Below the pieces are notes generated by a model that had not been told where the DNA came from, did no database searches, and was given only the letters and a program-made list of their open reading frames with translations. From Azolla caroliniana (taxonomy: Eukaryota > Plantae > Polypodiophyta), in NCBI GenBank assembly GCA_043228905.1, contig JBHGNT010000011.1, positions 9,362,001-9,426,000 of the forward strand: DNA of 64,000 nt, in the 5' to 3' direction. Below are positions 32,440-45,039 of this stretch, piece after piece (within the stretch, counting starts at the first letter, position 1; every line of letters starts with the position of its first letter). Made by a program: the position numbers and the translations under genes.

Positions 32440-35427
32440 ATGAAAAGGAGATTACCATTTGATAAGGAAGAGTTTGCTTTTGTGGACTTGCTCAAGGATT
32501 GTGCCAAGAAGAAAGATATTCACAGAGGTTCTAAACTACATTACGATGTTGTAAAAAGGGGGCTAGTCGAGAAAAGCCCTTATTTGGCTAGCGCTATAAT
32601 TCACATGTATTCTAAATGTGGTATACCTTCGAAAGGGCTCAGGGTTCTGGAAAATCTTCTTGTTCCAGATGTGGTGTCTTGGAATGCACTCATTGGTGGA
32701 TATGCCCAACTAGGGCAAGGCCATGAAGCAATGAATTGTTTCGAACAAATGCGAAGAAAAGGACTCTCCCCAAATGCCGTCACTTTCATTTGCATCTTAA
32801 AAGCATGTGGTACTGTCGGAAATATTGGGATAGGAAAGAAAATCCATGATGAGATTGTGAATAGTGGAGGATGCTTGTTGAATGGGAATGTTAAGCTTGG
32901 CAATGCTTTGGTGGATATGTATGCCAGATGTGGGCTTGTTTCAAAGGCACGAGAAGTGCTTGAGGAGCTTCCTTTCCAAAGTGTAGTTTCGTGGAATGCA
33001 TTGATTGCTGGGTATACAAGGCAGGGACAATGCTACGAAGCATTCAACTGTTTTGAACAAATGCAAAGTGAGGGCCTCTCTCCAGATGCAATCACTTTTA
33101 TTTGCATTTTGAAAGCATGTAGAAATTTAAAGACCATAGAGAAAGGCAAGCAAATTCATGAAACCATCATGAATAGGGACTTGCTGGCTAAGAATACTGT
33201 ACTTGGCACTGCGTTGGTGGATATGTATGCCAAATGTGGCATGCCTGAGATAGCACATCGAGTGCTTGAAGAGCTTCCGCATCGAAACGTGATCTCCTGG
33301 TCTACTCTCATTGCAGGATATGTTCAAGAGGGCTATGGTGACGAAGCACTGAACTGTTTTGAACGAATGTTGAGTGAGGGCATCTCTCCGGATGCAATCA
33401 CTTTTAGCTGCATTTTGAAGGCATGTAGCAGCACACGTGCTATCGAGAAGGGTGAACAAATTCATGATAAGATTGTGAAAGAAGGCTTTCTGAAAAAGGA
33501 TATTGTGCTTGGCACTGCTTTGGTGGATATGTATGCCAAATGTGACAAGATTGAGAAAGCTCGAAGAGTCCTGGAGGAGCTTCCGTTTCGAGATGTAGTC
33601 TCTTGGAATGCGCTACTTTCTGGCTATGTCCAATTGGGGCGATGCCATGAAGCATTGGACTGTTTTGATCGAATGCAGAATGAGGGCTTCTCTCCGGATA
33701 CAGTCACTTACTTGTCGGTTCTGAAAGCTTGTGGCAGTGCTACAGATATAGGGAGGGCTGAAAAGTTTTACGATGAAATCAAATATAGAGGCTTTCTTAA
33801 AAATGATATTGTACTTGGAAATGCTTTGGTAGACATGTATGTGAAATGTGGTCTGCTTACAAAAGCCCAATGCGTGCTTGAAGAGCTTCCTTATAGAAAT
33901 GTAACATCTTGGAACATAGTTATTTCAGGGTACACGGAGCATGGACAAAGTCATGAAGCACTGAACTGTTTGGAACGCATGCAAACTGAGGGTGTATATC
34001 CAGATGCAATCACCTTCATTTGCACTTTAAAGGCCTGTGGCACTGCTGGAGCTATAGACAAAGGTAAAAAAATTCATGACATGATTGTGAGTGCGGACTT
34101 GCTAGAGAATGACCTTGCACTTGGTACTGCTTTAGTTGATATGTATGCAAAATGTGGTGAACTAGCGAAAGCACAAGAAGTTCTAGAGAGGCTTGATGTT
34201 CGGAATGTAATCTCTTGGTCCGCCTTAATATCTGGATATGCCCAACAGGGGCAATTTGATGAAGCATTAACCTGTTATGAACGGATGGATAGTGAAGGGC
34301 TTTCTCCAAATGCGGTTACTTTCAGTTGTATCTTGAAGGTTTGTGGTAGCACTAGAGCTCTTGACAAGGGAAAACAAATTCATAAGGAGATATTGGAGAG
34401 AAGCTTGTTGGAGAAGGAAATTGTACTTGGAAATGCCCTCGTGGATATGTATGCTAAATGTGGTGAGCTTCTGAAAGCGCAACAACTACTTGGTGAGCTT
34501 CCAAATCGAGACATAGTCTCCTGGAATACATTAATCACAGCATATGCCGACTGTGGACAGGGACATGAAGCACTCGAGTGTTTTGAACGAATGCAAAGTG
34601 AAGGCTTATCTCCAAATGAAGTTACCTTGATCTGTGTCTTGAAGGCATGTAGCTGTACAGGAGCTATAGAAAAGGGCAAACAAATTCACAAGGACATTGT
34701 GAGAACGGGCTTGCTAGAGAAGGACATCCTCATTGGTACTGCTTTGATAGATATGTATGTCAAATGTGGTGCACTTTCAAAGGCAGAACAAGTGCTGAAA
34801 GAGCTGCCTATTCGAAGTGTTATCTCTTGGAATTCATTAATTGCAGGGTATGCCCAACAAGGGCAGGGTCACGAAGCATTAAATTGTCTTGAGAAGATGC
34901 AAACCGATGGTCTTTCTCCTGATGAGGTCACATTTCTTTGTGTGCTAAGTGCGTGTAGTCATTCAGCACTAATGGGTGAAGCCCGAAGGTTGTTTGGTAA
35001 CATGGAGATAAGATATGGTATCAGCCCCAATATAGAGCACCACACGTGCATGATATCAGTCTTGGGAAGCGCAGGACAGTTTGAGGAGGCCATGTCAGTT
35101 ATTAAAGTGATTCCGGATTCAGATCATTCTGACCTTTGGCTTGCTCTTCTGGGTGCTTGTAGGAAATGGGGGAACGTGAATCTTGGGAGTTTAGCTTTTG
35201 ACCAAACTATACAATTAGACAGTACTTGTGCTTCGGCGTATGTGCTTATGGCTAATATATTTGCAGCTGCTGGCATGCAAGAAGATGCTGAAAGAGTTGA
35301 AGCCATGAGACTGAAATATGCAGCTTGCAAAGGGCAAGAAAATAGGTTGCGGTTAGATGCAGGTGGAAATGTTGATTCAATTTACTGTGGCACCCATAAG
35401 AGGATACATGGAACTGCTGTAATATAA
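32440..35427 (+). CDS. PLS-class PPR protein, E-subgroup (995 aa, intronless)
   Basis: About eight P-L-S triplets, then the E region and a degenerate E+-like tail; no DYW; paralog of 1-2046. Confidence 0.93.
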   Translation: MKRRLPFDKEEFAFVDLLKDCAKKKDIHRGSKLHYDVVKRGLVEKSPYLASAIIHMYSKCGIPSKGLRVLENLLVPDVVSWNALIGGYAQLGQGHEAMNCFEQMRRKGLSPNAVTFICILKACGTVGNIGIGKKIHDEIVNSGGCLLNGNVKLGNALVDMYARCGLVSKAREVLEELPFQSVVSWNALIAGYTRQGQCYEAFNCFEQMQSEGLSPDAITFICILKACRNLKTIEKGKQIHETIMNRDLLAKNTVLGTALVDMYAKCGMPEIAHRVLEELPHRNVISWSTLIAGYVQEGYGDEALNCFERMLSEGISPDAITFSCILKACSSTRAIEKGEQIHDKIVKEGFLKKDIVLGTALVDMYAKCDKIEKARRVLEELPFRDVVSWNALLSGYVQLGRCHEALDCFDRMQNEGFSPDTVTYLSVLKACGSATDIGRAEKFYDEIKYRGFLKNDIVLGNALVDMYVKCGLLTKAQCVLEELPYRNVTSWNIVISGYTEHGQSHEALNCLERMQTEGVYPDAITFICTLKACGTAGAIDKGKKIHDMIVSADLLENDLALGTALVDMYAKCGELAKAQEVLERLDVRNVISWSALISGYAQQGQFDEALTCYERMDSEGLSPNAVTFSCILKVCGSTRALDKGKQIHKEILERSLLEKEIVLGNALVDMYAKCGELLKAQQLLGELPNRDIVSWNTLITAYADCGQGHEALECFERMQSEGLSPNEVTLICVLKACSCTGAIEKGKQIHKDIVRTGLLEKDILIGTALIDMYVKCGALSKAEQVLKELPIRSVISWNSLIAGYAQQGQGHEALNCLEKMQTDGLSPDEVTFLCVLSACSHSALMGEARRLFGNMEIRYGISPNIEHHTCMISVLGSAGQFEEAMSVIKVIPDSDHSDLWLALLGACRKWGNVNLGSLAFDQTIQLDSTCASAYVLMANIFAAAGMQEDAERVEAMRLKYAACKGQENRLRLDAGGNVDSIYCGTHKRIHGTAVI

Positions 35428-35767
35428 TATACTGATTGTCCCATAAAAGTGTATCACAGTAAGGATATTGTTTAGTTATTAGTCCATATACTGCATCTAA
35501 AGTTTACGGGCATTATTATAGCATTGCTTTTGCATCAAAAATACATATGCCAAAGGGGAACAAAAAAATATTCATATCCAAAAAAATCTTACAAATATGT
35601 TCAGCACAACAAATAAATTGACATGTTTTCCTAATTTTCTCATGGTAAGTCCTTACATCAATGATATACAAATAACTTTTCAAACTCAAGGTTCCCTGTA
35701 GGCTGTTACCATTAAGCGAGACACTATAATCAATGTATACATTGGATATATAACAAGTCTTATTTAC

Positions 35768-36946
35768 TTACGAATCCACGTCCTTGGAACGCAACTTCTC
35801 GAGAAGGTTGCTTTTCCAATCTTCTGTGATGCTTGATTCATCAAACCCCTCAAGCTTTAGGTATAATTTTAATATGCAGCAATTTCCTCTGACATCTATT
35901 CCATGTTCTTGAAGAAGCTGAATCACCTCCGACATACATTGTTCTTCATGATTTGGTAGCACATCATGGCTGACATTGGCTTGGATATTATTAGCATCGG
36001 GATTAATATTGATGTTGTCAGCGGCAGTGATTTCAAGTCTCGAGAGATGGGTGGGCATGATTCCATGCTTCAAAGCAAAAAGTTTACATTGAATGGAGCA
36101 TACGACTTCATCTTTCCTTTTCTCCTTCAAAGCCCTCTTACAGGCCATGCAATAAGCTCTAGCTCCCTTTTGTTCCTTGATGGGGTAAGCAGGGCGAAGG
36201 TAGTGAATATCCTCACCATTGATGATGAATGTGAATATACCCCTAGTGTCGATATACTGTGTCAGCTCATCCTTCTTAATGGAGTCTAGGTTGGAAGCTC
36301 TTCTTACCTGGAGGCATATAGAAGATGGTGATGATCGATAATTTTGCTTACACTTGATGCACAAACCCTTGCCAGCACCTCGGATGAAGTCCCATTGGAA
36401 GTATTTGATGAGCTTATGGTGGAGGGGGCAAGGATCGATAAAGTATTTGGTGATGGTGAAGTGTTTCAACCAGAGGGGACCATGTAAGGAATTTAGAGGG
36501 AACAGATACAATTCAATACTATTTGGAGGATGGATAGGATATAAATGAGCGGAAGATGATGTTGAAGTATATGAATCTTGGATGAGGACCTTTCCGTTGT
36601 CATTGTTGCAACTAGAGTTGGCTACGGGAAATAGAGCATTTCTCAATAACGCTCGCTCTCCGTCATCGATCTTCTCGCAATGATGATAAGCCCTATCATC
36701 ATCATCATCACCATGACAATCATAACGATAATCATCATCATCATCATCATGGATGAGTACTACCTTCTGATCCAATGCTGGCTCCTCAGGGGTGAGTCTA
36801 GGTCTCTTAAACGGTTGCGTACTCGAACAAGGTTGATCAAGATCAGGACGGTATAATGCAGGCACAGCATTGATGGAGCAATCCTGTTCCTCCATCTGCT
36901 CTTTACCTGGTCTCCTATTATACCCATCTTCTACTGAATTGTTCAT
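35768..36946 (-). CDS. Divergent PLATZ-family zinc-dependent DNA-binding protein, intronless
   Basis: PLWL..F....YF..C..H, LC..C, LQVRRAS, IDTRGIFTFIING..I.YL, CMACKRAL, CSIQCK; first ATG at 36946. Confidence 0.78.
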   Translation of the reverse strand: MNNSVEDGYNRRPGKEQMEEQDCSINAVPALYRPDLDQPCSSTQPFKRPRLTPEEPALDQKVVLIHDDDDDDYRYDCHGDDDDDRAYHHCEKIDDGERALLRNALFPVANSSCNNDNGKVLIQDSYTSTSSSAHLYPIHPPNSIELYLFPLNSLHGPLWLKHFTITKYFIDPCPLHHKLIKYFQWDFIRGAGKGLCIKCKQNYRSSPSSICLQVRRASNLDSIKKDELTQYIDTRGIFTFIINGEDIHYLRPAYPIKEQKGARAYCMACKRALKEKRKDEVVCSIQCKLFALKHGIMPTHLSRLEITAADNININPDANNIQANVSHDVLPNHEEQCMSEVIQLLQEHGIDVRGNCCILKLYLKLEGFDESSITEDWKSNLLEKLRSKDVDS

Positions 36947-36993
36947 GACTTCAAAATCGGAATGAGAGCAAATCAGATTCAATCAATCAATCG

Positions 36994-37015
36994 ATATATA
37001 TATATATATACACAG

Positions 37016-37047
<32 letters not shown>

Positions 37048-37050
37048 GTG
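36994..37050. repeat. (AT)n / (ATGT)n microsatellite
   Basis: Direct inspection. Confidence 0.85.
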
Positions 37051-38255
37051 GTGTGTTACTGTTAATCCCTCACGTAAATAATGGACTCTAGACTTGTATA
37101 TGTATCATACTACACACTACTGACTACAAATGAGGAGGAGGAGGAGAAGGGCTTTTATTTTTGGTTTTGTTGCGTTCTGTTTTGATTCGTTGTGGTGACG
37201 TTGCATGTCTTGCTTTTTTTCTCCCAAAAAGCAGCAGCAGCAGCGGGAGGAGGAGGCAGAGCAGCTGCGTTCCTCAATAAAGACGATGATGATGATGATG
37301 ACGATGATGAAGAGAAAAAAAAGTAAAAAAAGCAAGATATTGCGTTTCAGAGAAAAGCAAGCAAGAAAAAGCAGCACCAAAAAAGCAGTTGGGGCATATC
37401 ACAACCAATAAGTATTCCATCTATTTTCTCGTTCCAACAAAGTTATAGCATTCCTTAATGTCATGCATGGTAGTTCAAACTAGCTAAACATGCCCCATTA
37501 TGACAAGGCACATCCCTATCTCCATCTCAATAGATTTAGGAAAAACAACTCACAATGTATCTTTGCCCATATCATTCAATTGTACATCTAGACAAAGGCT
37601 AGTTTTTCATGTATATTACATGTTCTAAGCCCAATAGAATTTTGGATGATTTATTGTGCATAACTTTCATGTGCATTGCTCGATTTCTGTCATACATATA
37701 TCAAGTTAGTTTCCTTAATGTAGTATGTTTACATTAACATGTGCTTTGATAAGATACTTCATTACTCTTATTGACATGATTTTGTGGAGAAAGTGCCCAC
37801 GTCAATTTTGGTAAGGCTCGGGACCAAACACTTAGCATGCATGCTCTCAAACAAAAACTACCATGAAATTTTGCAATGAATGCACTATCAAACCTCTTCT
37901 TGACTGGTGATCCATGACACTTAATTCTATACAATAAAATTTTGTACATTTGAACTTGATAATTACAAATAAACAAGGTATTTGTAGAGATATGTACATA
38001 CTCTATGTGCTACACCAATTATAAGCATGTAGTTAGGCCCAAAAAGCTCAAATCAATTGATCTAGCTATTTGTTGCTTTGATAGGTGATTGATTATTTGA
38101 AGTTCACCTCAAAAATGCAAAAAACTTGGTTGAGATCCATTTACAATTGAGCATGCTAAATAAATGGAACCAAAGTGGAGTGTCGGTGAATCAAATAGCT
38201 TTACACGTTTCCCATGATATCATCTCTAGTATATCACCATGGTGCATGCTCTTAT

Positions 38256-41200
38256 TATCAGGAACAATCAATACAAAATGGAAAGTGAATTAATTAAGCT
38301 TACAATAGAGGCATAATTTTTTTTTGCATGGATCTTGATGTAAAAGTTAGTGTGCGGAAGCGTAGACAAACCCGGCTTAGCCAAATAACAACAAAAAGCT
38401 TGATTTATACTTAAACACCACATGGGCTATTTACTTACACATGTAGTCCATACTACTATCACTTCTATTAATAATAGTAGCAGTTGATCAGCTGACTCCT
38501 ATGTCGACTGTCCAGTCGGGCCGACCAGTCGGCCTTGGCTTCGACCATCTGGTCGGTCGTGTCTTCGACTTGGATCACTTACACTGTCAACTCTCCATGT
38601 CGACTCTCTCTCAATTGACTCTCTATGTCTTTGAATGTCGGCTCTCAGCCCGAACAATCAGCTACTCCTTGTCGTTGAGTTTCGGCTCTTACTTAGCCGA
38701 ACAGTCAGCTCCCACAAGAGAGACATATACCTGACAAACTCCCCCTTCACTCTTGGGGGTGAAATCGGTTAGTCTTGTCCTATGTCGACAGACTCTGAGT
38801 CTATCCATCAATAGGTTCTTCATGAGCATGTTGGATCCATTTTCGTTAGTATGGATCTTCACAAGGGTAAACTCTCCTTCTTCAAGTTTCTCCCACAACC
38901 AGTGATACCTCCTCTGTATATGTTTGGTCCAGGAGTGGTACACAACATTCTTGGCTAGATGTATGATGCTTTGGCTGTCACAATGAAGCAAGAAATCCCT
39001 TTTCTTCATTTTCAACTCACTAAGAAAATTTCTCATCCAAATCAGCTCTTTGCCAGCCTCTACCGGTGCCATATACTTTGCCTCTATGATCGACAAAGCC
39101 ACAGACTTCTGCAATCGTGACTGCCACGACACTGGTCCCCCCGCATAGGTCATCACGTACCTTGAGGTGGATCGACTTGAGTCTATATACCCCGACATGT
39201 CCAAGTCAGTAAAACCTTCGAGCATAGATTTTCCGACACCATACCTAAGACACACCCCCGAGGTGCCTTTTAAGTACCTGAGTATCCATTTAACAGCTCC
39301 CTAATGTTCTCTTCCTAGATTACTCATGTATCGGCTTACTGCTCCCATAGAAAATGTTATGTTTGGTCTTGTGCATACCATAACATACTTTAAACTACCA
39401 ATAATTGAGGCATATGGTACTTTCCTCATCTTAGCCTTTTCTTTCTCCCCTCTCGGGCATTGCTTTGCATTAAGCTTGTAGCTGTTCAACAACACAGAGA
39501 AGATTGGCTTTGCTTCCGACATGTTGAACCTCTCCAAGATCTTTGTCACATATTTCTCTTGTGACAACCACATCACTTTCTTAGTTCTATCTTGAACTAT
39601 GTGCATCCCCAAGATATGTTTTGCCGGTCCAAGATCTTTCATGGCAAACGACTTGCCTAGAGCTTTCTTTAAGCTCACGATCCTCTTCATGTCTTGTCCG
39701 ACTATCAACATGTCATCCGCATATAATAAGAGAATCAAGAAGTCGCCTTCATTGTACCTTTTTACGAACACAATGATTTGCTTGTGTTTTCTGGAACCCA
39801 TGTTCGAGCATGAAGGATTCAAACTTCTTGTACCATTGGCGTGGAGCTTGTTTCGAACCATACAAGCTTTTATTCAGTCGGCACAATAGGTTCTCTTTCC
39901 CTTTCTCCTCAAAGCCTTCGTGCTGCATATAGATCTCTTCGTCCAGCTCCCCATGCAAGAATGTTGTTTTGACATCCAATTGTTCGATCTCTAGATCCAT
40001 GCTGATAGCTATGCTTAGAACAATTATGATTGATGTCATCTTTACGACTGTTGTGAATATCTTGTTAAAGTCGACATCCTTTTTCTATTGAAAACCCTTC
40101 ACCACAATGCGGGCTTTATATCTGGGTGTGCTATCGACTTCTCTTGTCTTTACCTTGTAGACCCACTTGTTCCTGAGTGCTCCCTTACCTTTTGGTAGCT
40201 CCACCAAGTCGTAAGTATAAGTTTCATGCAAGGAGTCTATCTTGTCTTGCATTGCATTGAGCCATTTCTCTTTGTGCTTGTTAGTAATGGCCTCATCATA
40301 GCACTCAAGCTCACCTTCATCAAGAAGAGGATGTATTGACTGGCATATGTAGTCAGTGCTCTCCTTTCTTTGAGTGGGTATCTCCTTCCACCCATTATCG
40401 GCTCCGGTTTGGATGTCTTTGCCGACTCCAACTTGTATTCTTCGATAAACTTCAATAGGTCTACCAACTTCGATTCATATGTATTTGTCAGTTGCTCCAA
40501 TTCGACCGACTCGTATTTGACTGTACCAATACCTGTCTCCGAACAACCGACTATGTTGGTTTGATTTGCCTTGAGTCGACAATATTTAGAGTCGAATGGG
40601 AAGTCGGTTCCAACTTCTGTTGCTTCTAGTCCTCTGTTGTCTTGTCTTTCAAGAAGACTAGATCCCGACTCCTCATTACCTTCTTATCTACTAAGTCCCA
40701 CAATTTGTAGCCGAACTCATCCTCCGAGTACCTGAGAAATATGCATGGTTTTGACTTACTATCGAGTTTCGACCTCTGATCCTTAGCCACATGCATATAC
40801 ACTAACCATCTGAACACCCACAAGTGTCGGTAGAAGACTTCCTTTCCTGTCCACACCCTCTGTGGGACATCACCTTTCAATGGCACTAAGGGAGACCTGT
40901 TGATAAGATAAACAATTGTATACACCGCCTCAACCCAAAATGATTTTGGCAGCTTAGCATGCAACATCATGCTCCATACTCTCTCCATAATCGTTCGATT
41001 CATCCTCTCTACAAGCCCATTCAAATCAGGGGTCTTCAACACTATGTATTTGATTTGAATACCTTGGGCCTTGTAGTATTCTTTGAACTTCCCTTTATAT
41101 TCATCACCATTGTCGGTTCGGACAACCTTCAACTTCTGACCCGACTCTCTCTTAGCCCTTGCTTGGAACTCCTTAAAGAACGACAATATTTGGTCCTTCG

Positions 41201-41574
41201 ATTTTACGACAGTATTTGGTCCTTTGATTTTAGTACGAAAGCCCACAACTTTCGACTATAGTCATCAATGAACGTTACAAAGTACTATCTACCTCGATGT
41301 GATGGAGCATCTACATAACACACATCTGTGTGCACTAGTTCCAGTGCAACTTCTCTTCTTCTTGGTGATCTTGTGTGGAATGTAGCTCTGTTTTGCTTTC
41401 AGAACAGGTAGTTGACACGCTTCTCCAACTGTACTCCATTCTCTTCTGGGAGAAGTTTCTGATTGGCTAGAAGATGCATTCCCTTGTCGCTCATGTGGCC
41501 TAGCCTCTTATGCTATAACTCTCCACTTGAGTCAGCTGCCACATCTGCTTCCGATTTGCACAGTCGGGCATGCA
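38256..41574 (-). mobile_element. Ty1/copia fragment A (Tnt1-like): 3' LTR ~38256-38736, RNase H, RT, integrase; 5' half lost
   Basis: SWQSRLQKSVALS, LLLYADDML, QLDVKTTFLHG, VRTDNGDEY motifs; PPT GAGTGAAGGGGGAG next to the LTR; many frameshifts. Left LTR end is approximate. Confidence 0.82.
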
Positions 41575-44500
41575 GAAAACATTCTTTACATCCATTTGAT
41601 GTAAGTGCTACCCCTTTGTCGCGTCTACTGATAGCAAAACACCAACAGTCCTAATCTTCGCGACTGGTGCAAATGTCTCATCGTAGTCGATGTCGTGTTG
41701 CTGTGCATAACCTGTCGTCACTAACCGGGCCTTGTATAGGTTGATAGAGCCGTCTATGTTGTACTTGACCTTGTACACCCACTTGCATCCGATTGGCTTC
41801 ACACCCTTCGGTGCGTCAACCAAGTCCCATGTTTCGTTCTCCTCTAAGGCGCACATATCTTCCTCCATAACAACACACAAATTTACGTCCTTTGCCGCTT
41901 CTACGTAGCTCTCCAGCTCACGCACTTCCGCCACCTTCGTCATGTACGCATAGTGGTGCGCCATGTATTCGTATTAAATTAAGGGGTTCTTTTGGTAGGT
42001 AGATCGGCACATCTTCTGCTTTGCCGATTTGTTGGCCCTCTTGGCTGACTCTAAACTTTTCTCCGGAGGTTCATTGTCTCTCCGGGCCATTTCAGATTTG
42101 CTCTGATCCGAAAAACTGACATCCATGCTATAGTCCGACATCTTCATCTTCCCTTTCTCTTTGTGTGTAGGCCGTCCCTTCGGCTTCCGATGCGGGGAAA
42201 ACATGGCCGAGTCTCCACTTCTTGGCAGCTCAACATCCGACTGCTCATTTTGACTCAAACTCTCATTTGGCCCACATAGCTAGAATGACATCGGACTCTC
42301 TTCCAGAGCTCTGATTTCTTCTTTGTCCGGAGGCATCTCGGCCTCACTGACTTCATCCGAGTGGAGTTGTCGGTTGGAAATGAAGGCAAGTACCATGATG
42401 TCGACTCATCGAACATGACATCTCGACTGAACCGAACTTGTTTGGTTCAAGGGTTATAACATTTATAATCGTTTTGCTCGTCTGAGTAGCCGATGAGAAT
42501 TCACTTCTCGACTTTCGTGTCTACCTTCCTCCGCTTCTCCTTTGGCACATGCACATAGGCAATGATGCCGAATACCCTCAAGTGTCCCAGATTTGGTTTC
42601 TTTCTGAAGTAGAGCTCATGTGGTGGCACTCATCCATTTGGAGATGTCTGATTTTGCGGGTATATTGCTGTCCGGACCGCGTCGGCCCAATAAAACTTCA
42701 ACAGATGCATCTCTTCAAGCATCGCCCGTGCCGCCTCCTCTATGGTCCGGTTCTTCTGCTTAGCCACACCGTTCTGCCCTGGTGTGTATCGGCAAGAGAT
42801 TTCCCGGTGAATTCCTTCCTTCTGTAGATAACTCGAGAACTGGTCGAAAAAGTACTCTTTTCCGCCATCGGACCTCAGGCACTTGATTTTTCTGCAAGTT
42901 TCTCGTTTGGCAAGGCTCCTCACCTTCAAGAACCAGGCGAAGACTTCGCTCTTCATCACGATCAAGCACGCCCAAGTGTGCAGAATGTAGTCATCGATGA
43001 AGGTTACAAAGTAACGGCTTCCTTCGATGGTCACATTCTGTGCCGGTCACCACACATCTGAATGGATCAAATCAAGCCGGTTCTGGATCCGATTTCACTC
43101 ATTGGGTAATGGAAGACTATGTTGCTTCCCTAACTGGCAGGCTTCACAGACTTGCCCGTTTTGGCTACTGAATTTCGGTAATCCGAAGACAATGTTCTTT
43201 GTTTGCTTCTCCCGAAGCCAAGGGAAGTTGATATGGCTGAATCGCTTGTGCCATACGCTGATGTACGACTTGACCTTTTGCCCTTTTGCAAACATCGCGG
43301 TTCCAACTTCGTTTGTTTTGAGGATGAACATCCTCCCTTCTCGGCGCCCTTGTGTGATGACTTTGCCCTCTTCTTCGATGAAGCATCTGAGGTATGTGAA
43401 CCGAACCTACATCCCCTAGTTGACAATCTATTTGATCGACACTAGGTTCTTCGTGATTGTTGGGACATGCAAGACATTCATCAGCTTCCCTTTTTGTCTG
43501 ACATGGTTTAAGGGAACTTCACCGACATGTTTGATGGTATGTGGGGTGTCGTCATCAGTTTCGACGACCCCTAGTTGTTGCGGTTTATCCAAATACGAGA
43601 ACCACTCCTCTTGGCTCGTCATATGGTTCGACCCGGATTTGTCTGAATTGGAGTGCTTCTTCCAACAATTACTCTCTTTACTAGCATTCTGTTTTGGCCT
43701 TTGCTTGCCGATTTTCGGTGCTGCCTTGATTCCCCTTGTTTCCGGAGGGTTTGGAATTGTCGTCGGCATTTCGATTTTGCCTTCGGTTTTGCTCTTGTCG
43801 GCCACCACCATTGCGTGCCGACCCGCCTCGTCCACCACGACCATGGGGCCTATCTTCCTCCATGTACAAGTTCAACATCTTGCTGTCAGCGTGCATACTT
43901 GTCGATGCACCCACATGGTTCTCTTCAACGAGAAACATCAATTGCAACTTAAAGAATGACGGTGTATTCTCTCTCATGTAGAGCGCCGTCCGGAATGATC
44001 CGAACGTTTGTGCCAATCCTCCGAGGTAGACCTGCACCATTTCATCCTCCTCAATGGTCATGTTGATGGAGGCGAAGGAATCACAGATGTCTTTGATCCG
44101 GGAGGTGTAATCAGCCACTGACATGTGTCTTTGTCAGACATTGCTCAACTCATGTCTGAGTTGAAGCTTTATTGCTCTGGTGCTAGTGGCGAAAATTGTC
44201 TTCAGATTTCCCCAAGCCTCCTTTAGTGTCTTGGCATCCAAGATGTAGCTCAATAGATGATCATTGATGCTGGATGCAAAGCAATAGAGAACTCTGCTTG
44301 CCGACTGTTCCCAAGCCGGAAAATCCCTATGTGTTGAATCGAGTGCCACATCATTTGTTCCTACGACATAACTCCAATATCCATGTCCTAACAGATATTG
44401 GTGCATCGTGTATGACGAAGATGCGTAGTTGCTCCTATCAAGCTTCTCTGTCGGAAGCGAGCTTCCCATGCCTCTATCCATTTCTCGTTTTTGTCCGTTC

Positions 44501-45039
44501 TTGTTCGAACACTAAGGTTTGTTTGTTTAGGAAGTTCTTGTCGGTAGTAGAGGATGTTCAACCCTCATGCTATGATACCATGTAAAAGATACAGTGTGGA
44601 AGCTAAACACAAATCACAACCGGCTAAACCGGATTGCAACAGAAACACAAAGAATGGAATATGCAAAGTATATGAGTGAGAGAGAGACAGAGAGAGCAGA
44701 CTTGACCAAACTATAATTTCAAATAATGAACACTTTGTACATACAATGTGCTCTGTGCGCACTTTTATACAAGTCCTTAAAAGAACTGACAAGTACTTCA
44801 ATGCTCGTATTGAGCGACTAACACTAACTACCAAGAATATGCCTACGTACTAGGCTAGGATCGTAGGCCTCTAACGGCCTACTGGTTACACTCAAATTCG
44901 GACACCGATCCGGCTCTCCATTTCGGCTCTTTGTTCCAAACATTGATCCGGCCCTTCATTCCAGACACTGATCTAGACACCAATCCGGCTCTTTGCTTAT
45001 TCAACCGATCCGGATCATGTTGAGCTTGCTCGCTCAACA
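41568..45039 (-). mobile_element. Ty1/copia fragment B: 5' LTR 44581-45039, PBS, gag, protease, integrase, start of RT
   Basis: PBS TGGTATCATAGC (minus strand, ending at 44580); EKLDRSNY gag; SG.SNHM; LRSDGGKEY; PIGCKWVYK; truncated at HQMDVKNVFLH. Confidence 0.82.

Noticed and set aside
37117-37411. Low-complexity ORFs (poly-Q/M/K)
   Set aside because: Trinucleotide microsatellites upstream of the PLATZ-like gene with no domain evidence.
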